Source: Paramecium tetraurelia | Taxonomy: Eukaryota | DNA: 64,000 nucleotides | NCBI GenBank assembly: GCA_000165425.1 | Contig: CT868665.1 | Location: forward strand, 186,001-250,000 | Reading direction: 5' to 3' | Shown here: positions 25,361 to 39,912 of the stretch, one piece after another | How the letters are laid out: every line of letters starts with the position of its first letter | Position numbering within the stretch: position 1 is the stretch's first letter | The notes under the pieces: model-generated | What the model saw: only the letters and a program-made list of their open reading frames with translations | The model's database searches: none | What the model was told of the DNA's origin: nothing | Translations under genes and position numbers: made by a program

Positions 25361-25814
25361 TCATGAGGAGGTATAGTTTCCCACTTAATGCTCGAGTTCT
25401 GCGACCTTTTGTGTGGCAGCAATTATTAATTGTTGGATTTGGCTTTTTTCCTTTTTGATTTCAGTAATTTAGGACTGTAATTTAGAGTTTTCATCCTTTT
25501 ATGTGTTGATGGCCTAAAAAAGTTTCATAGTTTTTTACTTGTCTTAAGTCCCTTAACATAGCATCTAATGTAGGTTAGGTTGTATTTTTGATTTCTTCGT
25601 TGTTATTAGTGATTCTCTATTTCATTAAATGCAATTCCTATTTCAATTGGTCAATCTCATGTTTATAACTTTAGAGTAATTCGTTGGATAATTCGGTGAT
25701 GTTCTATTAGTATATGAAAATTAAGTATACATTGACTAAGAGTAAATGATTTTTGGCATTAGTGGCTGATTCTTGATCGAGTTTGGAACTATGTGGTTGT
25801 TGCACATCCTACAT
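25361..25814 (-). CDS. Small coiled-coil protein
   Basis: MQDVQQPHSSKL...; two GT-AG introns restore a heptad-rich frame ending KVAELEHQVGNYTSS. Confidence 0.75.
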
Positions 25815-25862
25815 TTTTATTAAATAAAAATATATAAATAATATTAGATTGACAAATTGATA

Positions 25863-27500
25863 ATGGGAAATAATTAATCTTGTTGTTCAGTTCGAATACG
25901 ACAGCCCACAAATACCTTGGATAAGAAAGAAGTGTTTCTCTTGTGTGATGTCCTTAAGCATTCCTAGGAGGATAATCACACCACCTACTTGGATAAACAA
26001 TGTTTCGAAAGAATATTCTAAGACAATCCTTTATTTGGAGAACAAGTGTTTGAATACTGTTCGCACATATTGTAATCGACTCAGTTGCCACTTGAAGGCT
26101 GCATTAATATACGTAAGAGTTCGCATCACATTCTAGTTTAGGGTATATTAAGTACATCCGACATAACACCAACATTACTATAGATTTGCATGGAAAACTA
26201 TGATGGAACAATCCAAGTTATAACAGTTTAACAGGCATTCCAATTCATAGGAGTAAGGATAAATATTTGATAATTTAAGTTAATAACATCTATATTCCTA
26301 ACATTTTGCATAAGGAAATAACAGATCGATGCTCAAGTCTTAGAAATCCTAATCCATTCACTATTCAAAGAAAAGCAAATGAAGATCAATGAGTTCTTGT
26401 CAATAATAGAGGCCAATTTTCCATACATTTAAAAACTGATACGACTCTACTTGTCTTATCGATTGCTGTAAAAACCATTTAATCAAATGAGAGTTGCAAA
26501 GATAGATAAAGACTCATTTAGTTTGAAATACGAATGGTTGGCAATTATGGGTTTGGCCACATCAGAATTGCATCGTCATGGATAAGTGTCATTATTGTAT
26601 CAATCTGCTTTGTAATCAATTAATTTACAAGAGATTTTGATTTCAATGCAACAAACCTAAACTTTGTTGGTAGTCACTTTTCAAGATGAATAAACCAATA
26701 AAAAATAAACTTTAGCAATTTATAACAAACGCTAATGGTAAGTTGATTGCAAAGACACAGAAAGCATTATTGCATTTCAAATATCTCCAATTTTCTACAT
26801 CTACAGAAGTCAATCCAAAAACTATTTCAATAATAATGGGTTTGGATTCTCATTTGATTAAAAGTCTAATAGATATTTACTTTGGTTAGGAGTTTAAAAT
26901 AGTTACTTTTAGAATTCACAACGAGTAAAATCCTATACTAATATTTAGCTATTAACAGTTGAGGTTTGGAGATGTGAAGAACTGCAATCAAAATTAAGAA
27001 AGAGTGTGATGGATGAAGATAGAACCTCCACTTTGAGTCCTAAAGAGTAAAAAAAGAGGGTTTCCTTTCGCTTATTGGACGAGAATCAACCTACAAGGAA
27101 GAGCAATTCAGTCACACCAATTACTAAGAAATTGAATTTTATTGAAAATGTTCCACCCCAATCTTAACCACCTACTCCTATGCAAAAGTTGTAAATCGTA
27201 ATTTATTCTAGTCAAATACAAATTACTTAAGATGATTAGGAGAGTCCGAAATCTCCTCATTTTAATAGTGACAATCCTCCTACATTCAATAATCCTTAAG
27301 CTCAGGTGTTGAAATCATACCCGAATTCACAAAATTTAGTTAATACTCAATCTTAGAGCAAACAATAATAAAATAGACCATCACAATCTATCATTGAAAA
27401 ATATGGCAATGGATAAAGACAAACTAGAAGCTATTCCAATAATAATGAAGTGCGAAAGAGTGTGGATGATATTCTTAAAAGATATGATAAGAAATAATGA
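25863..27500 (+). CDS. N-acylated (MGNNQSCC) protein with probable TLDc domain and low-complexity tail
   Basis: TLDc-like order SLLYQSA...TLLVV...FQISPIFYIYR...GFGF...LLWL...LLTVEVW; TGA at 27498-27500. Confidence 0.65.
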
Positions 27501-27531
27501 ATCTATATATCTATGTATATTTTATATATTA

Positions 27532-28080
27532 TCATAATGAAATTTCAAATTCATCTTGACTATCTTAATTTTAAATTTCATCTCCTTGATCTTAATTATC
27601 CAGTGTACAAATATTGTTAATTTCACTTTTGCTGGTTATAGAATGTTCACTATTAGTTCTTTCATTTAAATCTATTTCAAATTATTTTTATTATTGTTAA
27701 GTTCTTAGTTTTTTGATTAATTATCTACTTTTTTTGGTCTTTTAAGTATGCTTGTGTTTTTTACCTTTCTTCTTTACTTTAACTTCATAGACTTGACTGC
27801 AATCTGAACACTAACTCTAAACTTTTTTATGATTTTGAGTTTTGATTTTTTTAATATTGGATTTAAGAGATTCTTTGGTTTTAGTTACGTAGGATTTAGG
27901 AGAAACATTTTGGATTTCATCGATTTCTATGCTTTCAGAATTCTGAGTGTTCTCATTTGTACTCTTAGCATCTTGATCAGTTTTAAAGTTTTACTCATGC
28001 AATTATTCAGAAAGTAGAGCGCATTTCTCATACAAATCTGCAATTGCTTGAAGATGAATTGCAAGTGGCACAAACTTCAT
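27532..28080 (-). CDS. Hypothetical Lys/Asn-rich protein with a CSDC motif
   Basis: MKFVPLAIHLQAIADLYEKC...QCSDCSQVYEVKVKKK; one inferred intron; boundaries approximate. Confidence 0.5.
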
Positions 28081-28191
28081 TGTAAGTAATTATTTGTCAA
28101 TATTATATAAGATGTCTCCCTGAGATTTATATTCTATGAAATTCCTTATATTATTTAAAATTCCTGTTAAATTTTTACTATTTGTTAAATT

Positions 28192-30380
28192 ATGAATTAA
28201 ATTACGAAATATATATAGCCATTTCCCTCCATCGATTATGGAGAACAACAAAAGGACATGGATGAGGAATCCAGCCAAATTTGGATATATTCACTTCTGA
28301 ACGAGTTCCGATTATACTAGTTTACAATAGTTTAGTCCACATTCTACTACAATACTTTGGTGTGCTTACCTACAGGCTTAGGCAAGACATTCATAGCCTC
28401 TATGGCAATAATTAATTTTAGTAGATGGTTTCCAAAGGGAAAAATCTTCTTTTTGGCACCAACACGACCTTTAGTGGCTCAACAACACGAAGCAATGAAA
28501 AAATTTGGAATTGATGGCAAATTATCTAAAAATGATAGAACTTATTAATCTCAAATCTATTTTTCTACTCCTCAAACCCTTGATAATGATTTGAACGAAG
28601 ATCTAATTCAAAACATAGTTCTGGTTGTATTGGACGAGGCTCACAAGGGAGTAGGAGATTATGCCTATACCAATATAGTGAAAAGACTCCTTTACAATAC
28701 CAGAATTATCGCTTTGAGTGCGACTCCTGGCAATAACCTAGAATAGATTCAATAAGTTGTGGCAAATCTGAGAATCGCAAAGATAGAAGTATTTAATGAA
28801 TGTAATGCCTAATTAGTTGAGAGATGAGTATGATCCAGAAGTCGTACCTTATCTCAAATTTAAAGCTGTTGAAAAGGTTGTGGTCTCATTCGATAATTGT
28901 CAAATTTTGGATGATCTTAACAAATAGATGCAGCCCTTATTAAATATCATATTAGGTTTTGGAATTCTACCAGTTGAGTTAATTAGAGTTTGCTCTAGAG
29001 CAGACATATTTAGTTATGGTGCTTGTTTCAAACTTCGAGAATTTCTGACCAATTCACATTTGTAATTTCAAATTGGACAATAAAATTCAAATAAAGTATT
29101 TGAACACCTATCTCATCTCCATAAATTATCATATGCCAAAAAGATATTATTAGAATAAGGAATCCAACCCTATGTTAAATATATGGAATTAGATGATATC
29201 GAAGAAGTCCATCCAAAAATTTACAAATTAAAAGAAATATTTAAGAATCATTTTGCAAACAATCAATCCAAAGTCATTGTATTTACAAATAGTAGAGATA
29301 ATGCTTAATTGTTGTGCAATCATATTAATTAAGTTGAAAATGTCAAAGCTTCCATCTTTGTAGGGTAGGCAAGTTCCAAAAATCAAGCAGGGATGAAACA
29401 AAAGGAACAACTCCAAGTCATTGATGTATATACTCTATCTTAAGTAGAAATTTAAAAATGAGTTGAATGTTTTAGTGGCTACATGTATTGCTGAAGAAGG
29501 ACTAGATATAGGAGAAGTGGATCTCATTATCTGCTATGATAGTGGATTCAGTCCAATAAGAATGATATAGAGGATGGGAAGAACGGGAAGAAAAAGAGAT
29601 GGAAGAATCATTGTCTTATTAACTGAGGGTAAGGAAGCCGCTGATTATGAAAAGTCAGTCAATAAATACTCTAAATTAATTAAAGAACTCAAAGACTTTA
29701 ACATCAATTTATATTCCAGTAATCCCAGGATCTTGTAATCTCAACCATAAATTAAATTCATTGATGGAGATATTGAATAAATAGATATTAAAATTAAATA
29801 GGATCCTATTAAAACTAAAAACAAAGATCTTAAAAAATAAAAAAGAAGTCATAAGAATACTGATTAACAAGAAACTAAACAAATTAAAATAGAAAAATTC
29901 TTTACTAAAAATTTGAAGGATATCTCTGAAGAAACTGAAGAAAAATAACAAACTTAATCACACTATCAACCTATGTTATTAGAATCAAATTCTTTTGCAA
30001 AACCAAAAAAAGTCTAAGCAAAAAAGATTTAACTTGGTAATATTGATAAATTCATAAAACCGAAGGAACAAGTAGAAGTTGTTTAAAATAAAAAATTACA
30101 AATTAAAGTGTAACCTAAGCAACCTGTTGTTTAGGATAAGTTTGTTATTTAAATCAAGCCAAAACCTTAGTTATAAGAAGAAGATTTAACAGTCTCAAGT
30201 TTAGAATAGTTTAATGAACTCTTGAGGAAGTAATAGAATTTTACTTCCAATTAAGATTCGAACACTATGTTTCAATTCTTAGATAAATTAGATTTAGAAA
30301 AGATCAATTTGAGTAGTTAAGACTTACATGAATCTGATTTGGATCTATCTAAAATAGCCGAAGATTATATATCTGATTGA
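28192..30380 (+). CDS. FANCM: FANCM/Mph1/Hef-family DEAH helicase
   Basis: [97 protein letters not shown]. Confidence 0.93.
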
Positions 30381-30419
30381 TTACTTTACAAATAAGGAAT
30401 TTAAATTTTTCAATATTTT

Positions 30420-32381
30420 TAAATCTGATAATAATTTACGTTATCTCTATATTAGTAATTTGCTCTTCATTTAGCATGTTTTGTTCTTCTTTAAAATTAT
30501 CTTTCCTAAGTTTTTCAACTTTCAATTTTTTTCATTTTCATTTTAATCATATATCCTATTATAAATAAATAATTATAGATATATATTGATAAAATAAAAG
30601 ATTTGAAATATAAATTCAATTATTGTTCTTGTATTTTTAGTACATAGAGAATAGTCAATTCAAAATTTTGTCTTTTTAGCTTAATTATTTCTGCACGATT
30701 ACTAATTTGCAAATGCTTAATGAATTAAATATTTCTTCTCCAAATTGCATAACTCTCTCGTTTAAGGTGAGTAGGAAGGAGATTTTTTAGCAGAGTTCTC
30801 TTGATTTTCAAAACTTTTCATATTTGAAGGCCTTGTGACACCTGATGCAACCATATTTTGACTGATTTCTATTTAATTTCGACTATTACTAGATAATCGA
30901 TCACATTTATGAATAGAACCTAAAATATTGCTGTATAGAGAAAATTGCTATGCTTTATTAATTTTTGAGAGATAAAATTGATCTCCTCTATTTTTCTTTG
31001 CATTTGATCTTCTATTACTATATTGAAATTCTTGTAAATTAAAGTCATCTTCTTTTTCATTAAACTAATGTTCGAATAGAACCCTTTTCTGTTCAACATC
31101 CTGTTTGTAATCATACAATTCTTCCAATTATAGAGAATTCCCTTCATCAATTTTATGTTTTTCATAGCTACAAGGGGAATAACATTTGTATGTATTTGTT
31201 CTTCTTGATATTTTGGGAAATTGGAGAGGTGAATTGTCTTCTTATTTTTTCGTGCTTTCTGATTTCAATTTAAATTAATGTGGCAATATTATGTTTTTCC
31301 TTTCGTACAATTTCTCTTAAGTTATGATTTCACTCTGTTCCTTTGTATGAAATGGTTTTCCAACCAATGTCATTTTTTTTCTATAAACTTTTGGATTCTT
31401 AAGATCTAAGAATTCATAGAGTAAATAATTTTATTAAGGGAAAAGCAAATCTGCAAGTTTTTAAATTAAGATGATGAAATTATCAAGATTTAACTCCATA
31501 TTTTTATCAGCATTTTGTTTAAACATTTAAACGAGATAAAATTTGGTTAATATGAAATTAGATCTATTATTATTTTTATAATTGTAATTGATTTGCTTTT
31601 TTCGAAGATTGTTATTTTTACCACCTAAGAATGATATCAGATCGCTTGAGATTTCTAGATCAATCAATTTGAAATCTTTACAAAAAATCATAAACTTTTA
31701 TAATATCATGGTGTTGGAGAGTTGTTAGAGTTTTTCAAATGTTTAGTATTTATTGGTTGTAATTGGCTATTTACAATAAAAATTATAGATTTCTTTGAAA
31801 TTTTTGAGCTAATCTCTGTCTAAAATCTAATATTCTTATCTAATTTCATTCAGTTATATTTGATTGGTTGGGCTTGAAGATTAGAACTGATTTTGATTCA
31901 CATATGTATTGAATGAGTTGGCTAATTTCAAGTGTTAATTTTTCCTAAGAATAATTTATTTATGTTTTTCAATCTATTATTGTTGGAGTTCTGATATGCT
32001 AACTTGATGTTAACTTTGCTTTATTTCACTTTCCTTACATATTTAAGATTCCTTTAGATTACATTAGTAAGAACAATCAGGATCATTAATTTCTGTCAAG
32101 ACTTGTTTCAATTCCAGATCGGATTCCATCTGTCTCTAATTATCAGAGGACAAATTGCTTTAACTGCTCATTGGATTTACAATGTTGTCAGAGTTTTTGT
32201 CTTCAACAATTTTAGGATTCTCCATATCAAGCAAATTGAGTAAACTATTCTGACTATTTTATGGAATAGACGAATGTTTATAGTAAGGTTTTAAGTTGGA
32301 AGGCTATTAATTTGGATGATTAAAATTTTGAGGAGAAGTAAGATGATTAATAATCATTGATTCTTCTATAAAGTTAGTCAT
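30420..32381 (-). CDS. Hypothetical low-complexity Gln/Asn/Lys-rich protein; 3' structure uncertain, possibly degenerate
   Basis: MTNFIEESMIINHLTSPQ... long frames, with frame changes I could not assign to clear introns. Confidence 0.4.
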
Positions 32382-32408
32382 AATTAATATTTTTGTTCGT
32401 TAAAATAA

Positions 32409-33090
32409 ATGTAGTCGATTATTACTCAATGCCAAGATTTAGATGAGGAGTATAGATAGCTCGTTTATGTAGTAAATAACATGTTGGACAATCTGAGTAT
32501 AGTAAGTCTTGAGTTTGTGAATTCAAAATTAGAATTTTTAGATAAATACTCAAACACTCTGAAGTCCAGTTAAATCGATGCTAGAATCCATAGAAACTCG
32601 TAAATGAAGAACTTAATCGAATACATTAAAATGCACACGAAATCGCAGGTGAAATCACTTGCATAATCTCCCCCAGCAAAGATGGCACATCATCGTCCAA
32701 AATATTCATTTAATGAGAAGGCTTTTTCAAGCATTCTCTATAGTAGTATAAATCAGGTGACCCAATAAAAAACTCAATATAATGATGAGCTTGACTAATC
32801 TGAATAGAAGCCCACTCTAAAATAAAAAAACTTAAATATTTTATAAAATTTAATTGGGAAATAAAAGTTTGAATAAAAGAGGGGGAATGATGATATGTTT
32901 AATTTGCTATAAAAATGCATGCATCTAATTTCATAGAAGTAGGAGTTCTATGAGGAGTATGAAAATTTGTAGAAGGAATATAAAGATATAGTTAAGAGCA
33001 ACCAGAGTTTGTAATTCAAAGTGAATCTTGATTAAAAGTCATCAAAATTGAAGGAGAATTTAAATTAATTAATGGGGAGTCATTAATAAT
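32409..33090 (+). CDS. Hypothetical coiled-coil protein (exon structure uncertain)
   Basis: MQSIITQCQDLDEEYRQLVYVVNNMLDNL... with coding-like continuation in shifting frames. Confidence 0.35.
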
Positions 33091-33219
33091 TTAAATCGTA
33101 CCTCAATTCAGTTATTTGATTAAATATAGACTAATATCCTTTTAATTATAATTATCTCATATTTTTGAAATAATCGAATTTAATTAATATAATTCAATTT
33201 ATCCTCATTATAAAATTGA

Positions 33220-35815
33220 ATGAGCAATAATCAATACAATAATAAAAAGTTGGCTCCATTTAGAAGATAGAGAGATGTTCTAAAAGAAGAATTAAAAAGA
33301 CTATAATAGGAGTAGACAGAAGAGGAAAAATTAAACGACTACTATTTTGACGAAATAGGTCGTGTTGAAAAAGTATTGAATGAAAAATATTGTAGGAATA
33401 TGAATTTTTAATCAAATCTATTGAAAAATATAGCAAATAAAATCAGTCATTAAAAACCATATGCCAAACTGAACAAAACCAAGGTTTGGATGAAACAATA
33501 GAAAAAAATGTGATTGATACCTTAAACCTATTTCTTCTCAGCACTAGCAAAAAGGAGTATTTAGAAAGCATTTAAGAACAAGAAATATCCAAGAAACAGT
33601 TATAAGTTGGAAATCTAATGATGACCTAAAATTAGAAAATTGAAGACAAAGACAAAGAATAGGAAAAAGAAAATGTTATTCTAGACAATGGATACTATCT
33701 AAAATTGAAATAGGGCTATAGCTAATTAATAATTAAAGTACCAGGATCAATAAGGACATTCAAAGAGTTAAAACAAATAGTAAAATCATGTTGTATGGCA
33801 GAGGAATAGGAGATATTTTATACAGATCTTATGGGAAATGTGCTTCAACCTGAAATGAATGTGTTGGATCAACTATATCCACCAATTTATGAGCTGCTTA
33901 AAAACTATCAACCTGTTGTTTGCATACAAATAATTAAATAAAAAAAAGTAAAAGAAGATACTAAATAAACAGAAGCAGATTTTGCATTTGAAGGAGGTAT
34001 CTAAGAATTGATGACTAAATAACTTAGATCAATTAGGAGAATTGAAAAATCTATTAATTGGTCTAAATATATGGATTATTTAACTAGTTTCAAGTATGTA
34101 TTAGAATCTATATTGTTTTTATCCCTCTTAATTCTCTATGCTATTGTAGAAATCAACGAAATAGACTTCTTTACTAACTCTCAACTTTTAATGAACTTGA
34201 ACCTTGATATGGCCATCCAAAAATCTTATTAATCTCCAATAACTAACATATCCTAAATTATATCTTTAACTATTCCCAATGGGTCGAACCATGGTTTGAG
34301 TCCAACGTATCCTCTTCAATCTGGACTGCTCGTTTAAACTCTTGTTGGTATAGTAAATATTTAATGATAATTAGGATGACATTAACAATTGTGACATATT
34401 AAATTAAAACCAAAAGTAAATCTATGTTGATAAAAATTAATCATGTTTGATGTTTGACATAACATAAACCAGTGATTTAAATGACAATTACTCCAAATTA
34501 GGTTTTGACCCAAAGGTATACAATGAATAATTTGGAGGCTACGTTTGGGAGTTCAATATGAGTACAAGGTAATCTTTTTAAGAAAGTTATGATCTCATGA
34601 TGTCTGAAAATTGGTTTCAGTTCAATGTAAAACAAACTCAATTCCTTTTGAATTATTATAACAGTCCAACTTAGAGAGTCATTTCGGTCACTATCACTAC
34701 TCTGTATCTTTTCAATGATGTAGATATTTATAATTGATTTCTAGCGACTCTTAAATTATAATAGTTTTTAAGCAGAAGGCTTTAATATAAGTGAACTTCC
34801 AGAACAAGTCCTAGTTAGCAAAGACATAATATTTTTTTGTTCTATTGTCCTCTTAATCTCCTCGTTTTTTGGTAAGCATCAATGAAATTGATTTTAGACT
34901 TCTTTGGATTGTATTTTGAAGGGACTAAAAATAATTTAATTGTGATTTACTTACAATATTTAGAATTGTTAAATAGGAAGAAAAAGATAGAGGCTAAGAG
35001 AAAAATGATCAGTGAAAGTGATTAGAAAAATATATAGTAAAAAGAATTGATCGTAGGAGAATATGTAATAATTAACTTAAAGGTTATTTATATTACAATT
35101 AGAATTCCTCTAGTTTTTGATTATATTTGTAATTAGACTATTTGATTATAGACATCTTATGCCAATTTGGAATGGTTATGAAGAACACTGTCGACTCTTA
35201 CTATGAGGAGGCTTTAAAGGAAATAGTTTTGAATTCGGATTAATATTAAGATACAAATGCTTTAATTCAACCCTTATTTGTGGGTAGAGTATATTCAGCT
35301 ATTTTGGTGATATTCTTAATGATTTCTATAGTGAGATTTATGGGAAACTGGAGTCCATATCTTAAGTGTTATGGATTGGTTATGATTAGGGTATATGATG
35401 TTAATTCTAATTGCATAGTTTAACAAAGAGTCTTGGTTCTTGCTACTGGTTTTAATTTATATAATCAGTGTTTGTGCTATGTCATGGATTGTAACTATTC
35501 AAGGCAAACTAGTAAATCATGATAATTTCTTCTATACTTTCTTGGGATTGCTTAGGTGTACACTAAGGTTTGGATTAGATAATGATCTTGAGCAATAAGG
35601 GTTTTATAATACATATGCCAAAGATGTTATCTATTCTTTTGAAACCAAATACGTAAAAACATTATTTAAAATATTAGTTGCAATATATTATAATAATAAC
35701 CATCACAATGATAATGATTCCGATATTCATTTCTCTAATGACTGACTTAGTTCAAAATACAAAAGTAGAAGCAAAACAGAAGATGATGGAAATGAAAAAG
35801 CAGAATTAAGATTGA
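33220..35815 (+). CDS. Multi-pass membrane protein, polycystin-2 (PKD2/TRPP)-like
   Basis: Charged N-terminus, TM1, large luminal loop (FGGYVWEFN, FLLNYYNSPTQRVISVTIT), several further TMs, pore-like FYTFLGLLRCTLRFG and S6-like IITMIMIPIFISLMTD; many introns. Confidence 0.55.
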
Positions 35816-35961
35816 TTTTAGTAGACACAGAGTCAGTTTATATTAATTTGACCTCTTTTTTAAGAATATTTATATACCATTATGGAATATCTATCTAAAA
35901 GTTGATTAGCATAGATAATCTCTACATGGATAATGGTTATTATTATTTATTAATATCGTTA

Positions 35962-38667
35962 ATGAAAAATTATTAATCTTAACCCATGTAATCAAGTGGA
36001 AGAGGTAGTTTACAAGAGAATCCATAATTCATGGATTTTAAGCCAAAAAAGAGCAATAGCAAAATAATGAAGACTGAGAGTACAACTACTACTGCCAAAA
36101 ATCCAAAATAAGATTTATTAGAGTACTTTAAAAAGGAGAGGAATACTATTACTTAGGTAACTAATAATATCAAGACTTAATTGTAATAAAGCAGAAGCAT
36201 CGATAATTTAAATAGTCAGAAAAGCGAACGCTTAAAAATATCAAATGTACTTCATTTCTATATTTTAGCGTATCCAAACAGAGGAAGGCAACTCAAATAA
36301 GAAATCACTTTTAAAAGGGAAGAATTTCTCTCTTGCCAATCTGCAAATTGATACTAAACTTTCAAAAAATACTATCAAATACAATAAATTGATTCAGATG
36401 CCATAAAACACCAATAAATAACCAAAATCTACAGTAGACTAATACTTTCAAGATCTTTAAATTAAAAGTGCAAAGGATTAGAATAATTTTTAACCAATTG
36501 ACTATTAGCAATACTTTACGATTAGACAAAATAAGTAATCCTTACTGTAAGATTCTCAAACATTAAAGTACTCTATTGAATAGATTCTAAATAAAAATAA
36601 GAACCAATTCCATAGAAATAATACTGAAGTGAGATCCACAAATCAATCAACATAACAAAGAAGTGATTCATTGAAAAAGAATCTTAGAGAAGAATAAAAT
36701 CATTACGATCCCCAAAAGTAATTAAAGATCATTTTAAATTACAAAGGATAAAAGTAATAACTTATTTAATTCACTAGATATCATTATCACTTTAACTTCA
36801 TAGGTTAGACTACTGACAATTTATACAATTATTTGATTTAATAAATTGCATGTATTGAAAAGTCATTCATGAAACAAGGAGGAGGAACAGGATCAACTGA
36901 AGAAGTCTAGATTTAAGAAGGTTTAAATATAAATTATTCATAGAAATCAATAAAATATGTCAATTCTACACAACCTAAAAAAATATCCCTTATGATTATT
37001 ATCTAAGTTTACCAAATCTCTCTTTGAATGTGTTCTAGGGTATTACTCTACAACTACAACCCTTGACTTCATAGTCTCTTTATGGCAAGAAAGTATCATT
37101 GAGAGATTTCACTTTGGTTAAGTGCATTGGGGTTGGAGGATTTTCAAGAGTATATTTAGTAAGGAAAAGAGACAATGGTAAATTTTATGCTCTAAAATTG
37201 ATTGACAAAAGTTTCATCATGGAAAACTAAAAAGAGGTGATAGTTTAAAATGAAAGAGATATTATGGTCAATATGAGTAACGAATTCATTACTCCCTTAC
37301 ATTTTGCATTCGAAACTAAATATTATATCGCATTTGTATTGGATTATTGTGCTGGAGGGGAACTCTTCTACCATTTAAGAAAATTGAAACGCTTTACTGA
37401 AGTAGATGCAAAATATTACTTTGTTGAAATATGCATAGGAATGGCATATCTGCATTCAAAGGATATAGTCTACAGAGATATCAAACCAGAAAACATACTC
37501 TTAGATTTAAATGGACATCTTTTGTTGAGTGATTTTGGTTTAAGCAAACCCAATATGACTAATCAAGATTTAGCCTACTCTTTTTGTGGGTCTCCAGAGT
37601 ACATGGCTCCAGAGATGCTCATGAAAACTGGTCACAATTATTTGGTTGATTGTTATTGTTTAGGTGCTCTTCTATATGAGTTAGTAACAGGTTTGCCTCC
37701 CTTCTATTCGCATAACACTCAAGAAATCTACACTTCCATCTTATCTGAATAGGTGGAATTCCCTCCTTATGTTTAAGTCTCAGACCTTTTGAAAGATTTA
37801 ATTTACTAGCTCTTGGAGAAGGATCCACAAGAGAGACTGGGATAATCTTAGGGGATAATTGAGATCTTGAGCCATCCTTGGTTTGCTGATATCAACTTTG
37901 AAGCTATAGTTAATAGAAAAATCAACCCTCCTTACAGACCAGAACCTCTGAAATACAATTTCGATGAAGAAGAATTCAATAAAGGTGATTCAGAATTTAG
38001 GAAATAATATGCGATTAATCTTTAAAAAGAATATGTGGTATGATTCTCAATCATTTAGAATACTGATAATAACCCAAATTTTATACTAAGAAATTTTTAC
38101 TTCTCCAGAGAAGACCTTCCTCAAAAACCTGAACACAAGCCAAATAGATCTAATCATGTGAATTTAGCATAACTTAATGTGGAAAATATTCCTAATTCCG
38201 ATATCAATTCCCCTGAAAGATAAAGAGTATTATTAATCTTCCTAAATTATTAGTAAATATCTCCTCAGGAGGCTAGAAGAGTGCCCAAATATTCTGGTAA
38301 ATCTGAAATCTCAGATCTCTTAAAGAGAAATGAATTTTCAAATAAGTCAGCTTCTTTAATCCAATCCTCCAAAATTACTCACGCTTATTCAAAGACTATG
38401 TAATAATAGAATTAAAATCAGGACATCAAAGTAATACTCAAACTTATGTTTTAGGTACTCAAATAAATTCTGGAATCGACAAAAGGTTAAACTAGTTCTG
38501 AAAGAACTGCTACCTTACCTGATTAAAACATTCATAAAAATGAAAACAATCGAATCAAAACCGAATAGTTTGCTTAAATAGTCTATCCTAAAACTACTAC
38601 GAATTATTAGTTTAATAAAAATTTAAATATGTAAAAATTATTTGGGTCTGAAAAGAGATAAAAATGA
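35962..38667 (+). CDS. AGC-group Ser/Thr protein kinase (S6K/SGK/Akt-like) with long low-complexity N-terminus
   Basis: IGVGGFSRVYLV, FYALK, YCAGGELFYHL, YRDIKPEN, DFGLSK, SFCGSPEYMAPE, AGC tail INPPYRP...NFDEEEF. Confidence 0.93.
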
Positions 38668-38979
38668 ATATCATTCTTATTATTTACAAATAGCAGATCA
38701 TTTAATTCTAATAGTTAGAAATAAACTTTGCTTGTTTTTTTTTTTTAAATAACACAATACAAAATATCATCTTCTTATAGTTTTAATTATATAATAAAGG
38801 AAAATTATATATAATTAGCATACAAAATAAAACTACATAAAATTAATTGAATTTATATATCAATCAAAATTACACTTTGTCTAGGTGTTACACATAATTT
38901 TTTCTTAGAAATTTATCTCGGTTTGAAATGAATAATTTTAGTTTATATTTTATGATAACTTATAAATGAAAGATTTAAA

Positions 38980-39912
38980 TCAGAAACAAACTGTTGAATG
39001 AACATGCCAATTACTTTTATAAATCAATTAGCAATTTGATAGTACTTGTAGACAAGAAAGTCGATTTTATTAATCTTCTACCACAACTCTATGTCTTCCA
39101 GTAGTGATATTCCATACTACAATTCCGTAGGAACTTAGATGGAAATAAACTAGATTTGAAAATTAATTTATAACAAGTTCGCTTATTTAATCATCTCCAT
39201 AATGTTTCTTTCTCAGCAATTTCATTGTTTAGATGTTCCAAATTCTATTTTTAGACTTATTGCTAGAAACAATAAAGTAATTATTGTTATTTGTTTTGAT
39301 GTTTATGTTCCCATGTTACACATTAAAGAATGTCCTCTTAATTATTTTGAGACTTCTTCTAAGTTATAGGATATTAATCTCAGCAGTATCGTGATGACAA
39401 TCGATAGTACATATTTGTTCTTTATTTTTTAGAGTAGTTAGAGAGACGAATTGTAAATCAATCTATTTTTATATCGATTTAGTTTTATAGTTGATTACGC
39501 TTAAATGAGATAATCCCATCATTAAAGCCTCATGATTTTGAGACGAATTAAACTGCATAATCTTTTGATATAAATAATGTGATGAAACTATTTCTTCATA
39601 TTCCATGTTAGACAATTTATAGATATAAATTTTCTTAGGATTTTATTTTGATCTAATAAGTTAGTATTAACCGTCTGTTGAGTACAAGATCTACGTAGGA
39701 ATAAAGGAGAGTTGATGGCATTGTAATTTGAAGCAATTTACAAAGTCCCAAAAGATTAGACTCTTATTAGTATATCCAACACAAATTATTTTGCGACATG
39801 GTGAAATATCATAACATTGTGGTTTCATTTTAGAAATACGAAATATCTAAGACTTTCCTTATTGGTTTTCTTGATTCTGCCACTTTTTCAATTCATTATG
39901 TGTCTTTATCAT
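38980..39912 (-). CDS. WD40-like beta-propeller protein (310 aa, intronless)
   Basis: QCYDISPCRKIICVGYTNKSLIFWD, ILYSTDGQY, KNRIWNIQTMK, GIVVWNITTG; open from ATG 39912 to TGA 38980. Confidence 0.75.
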
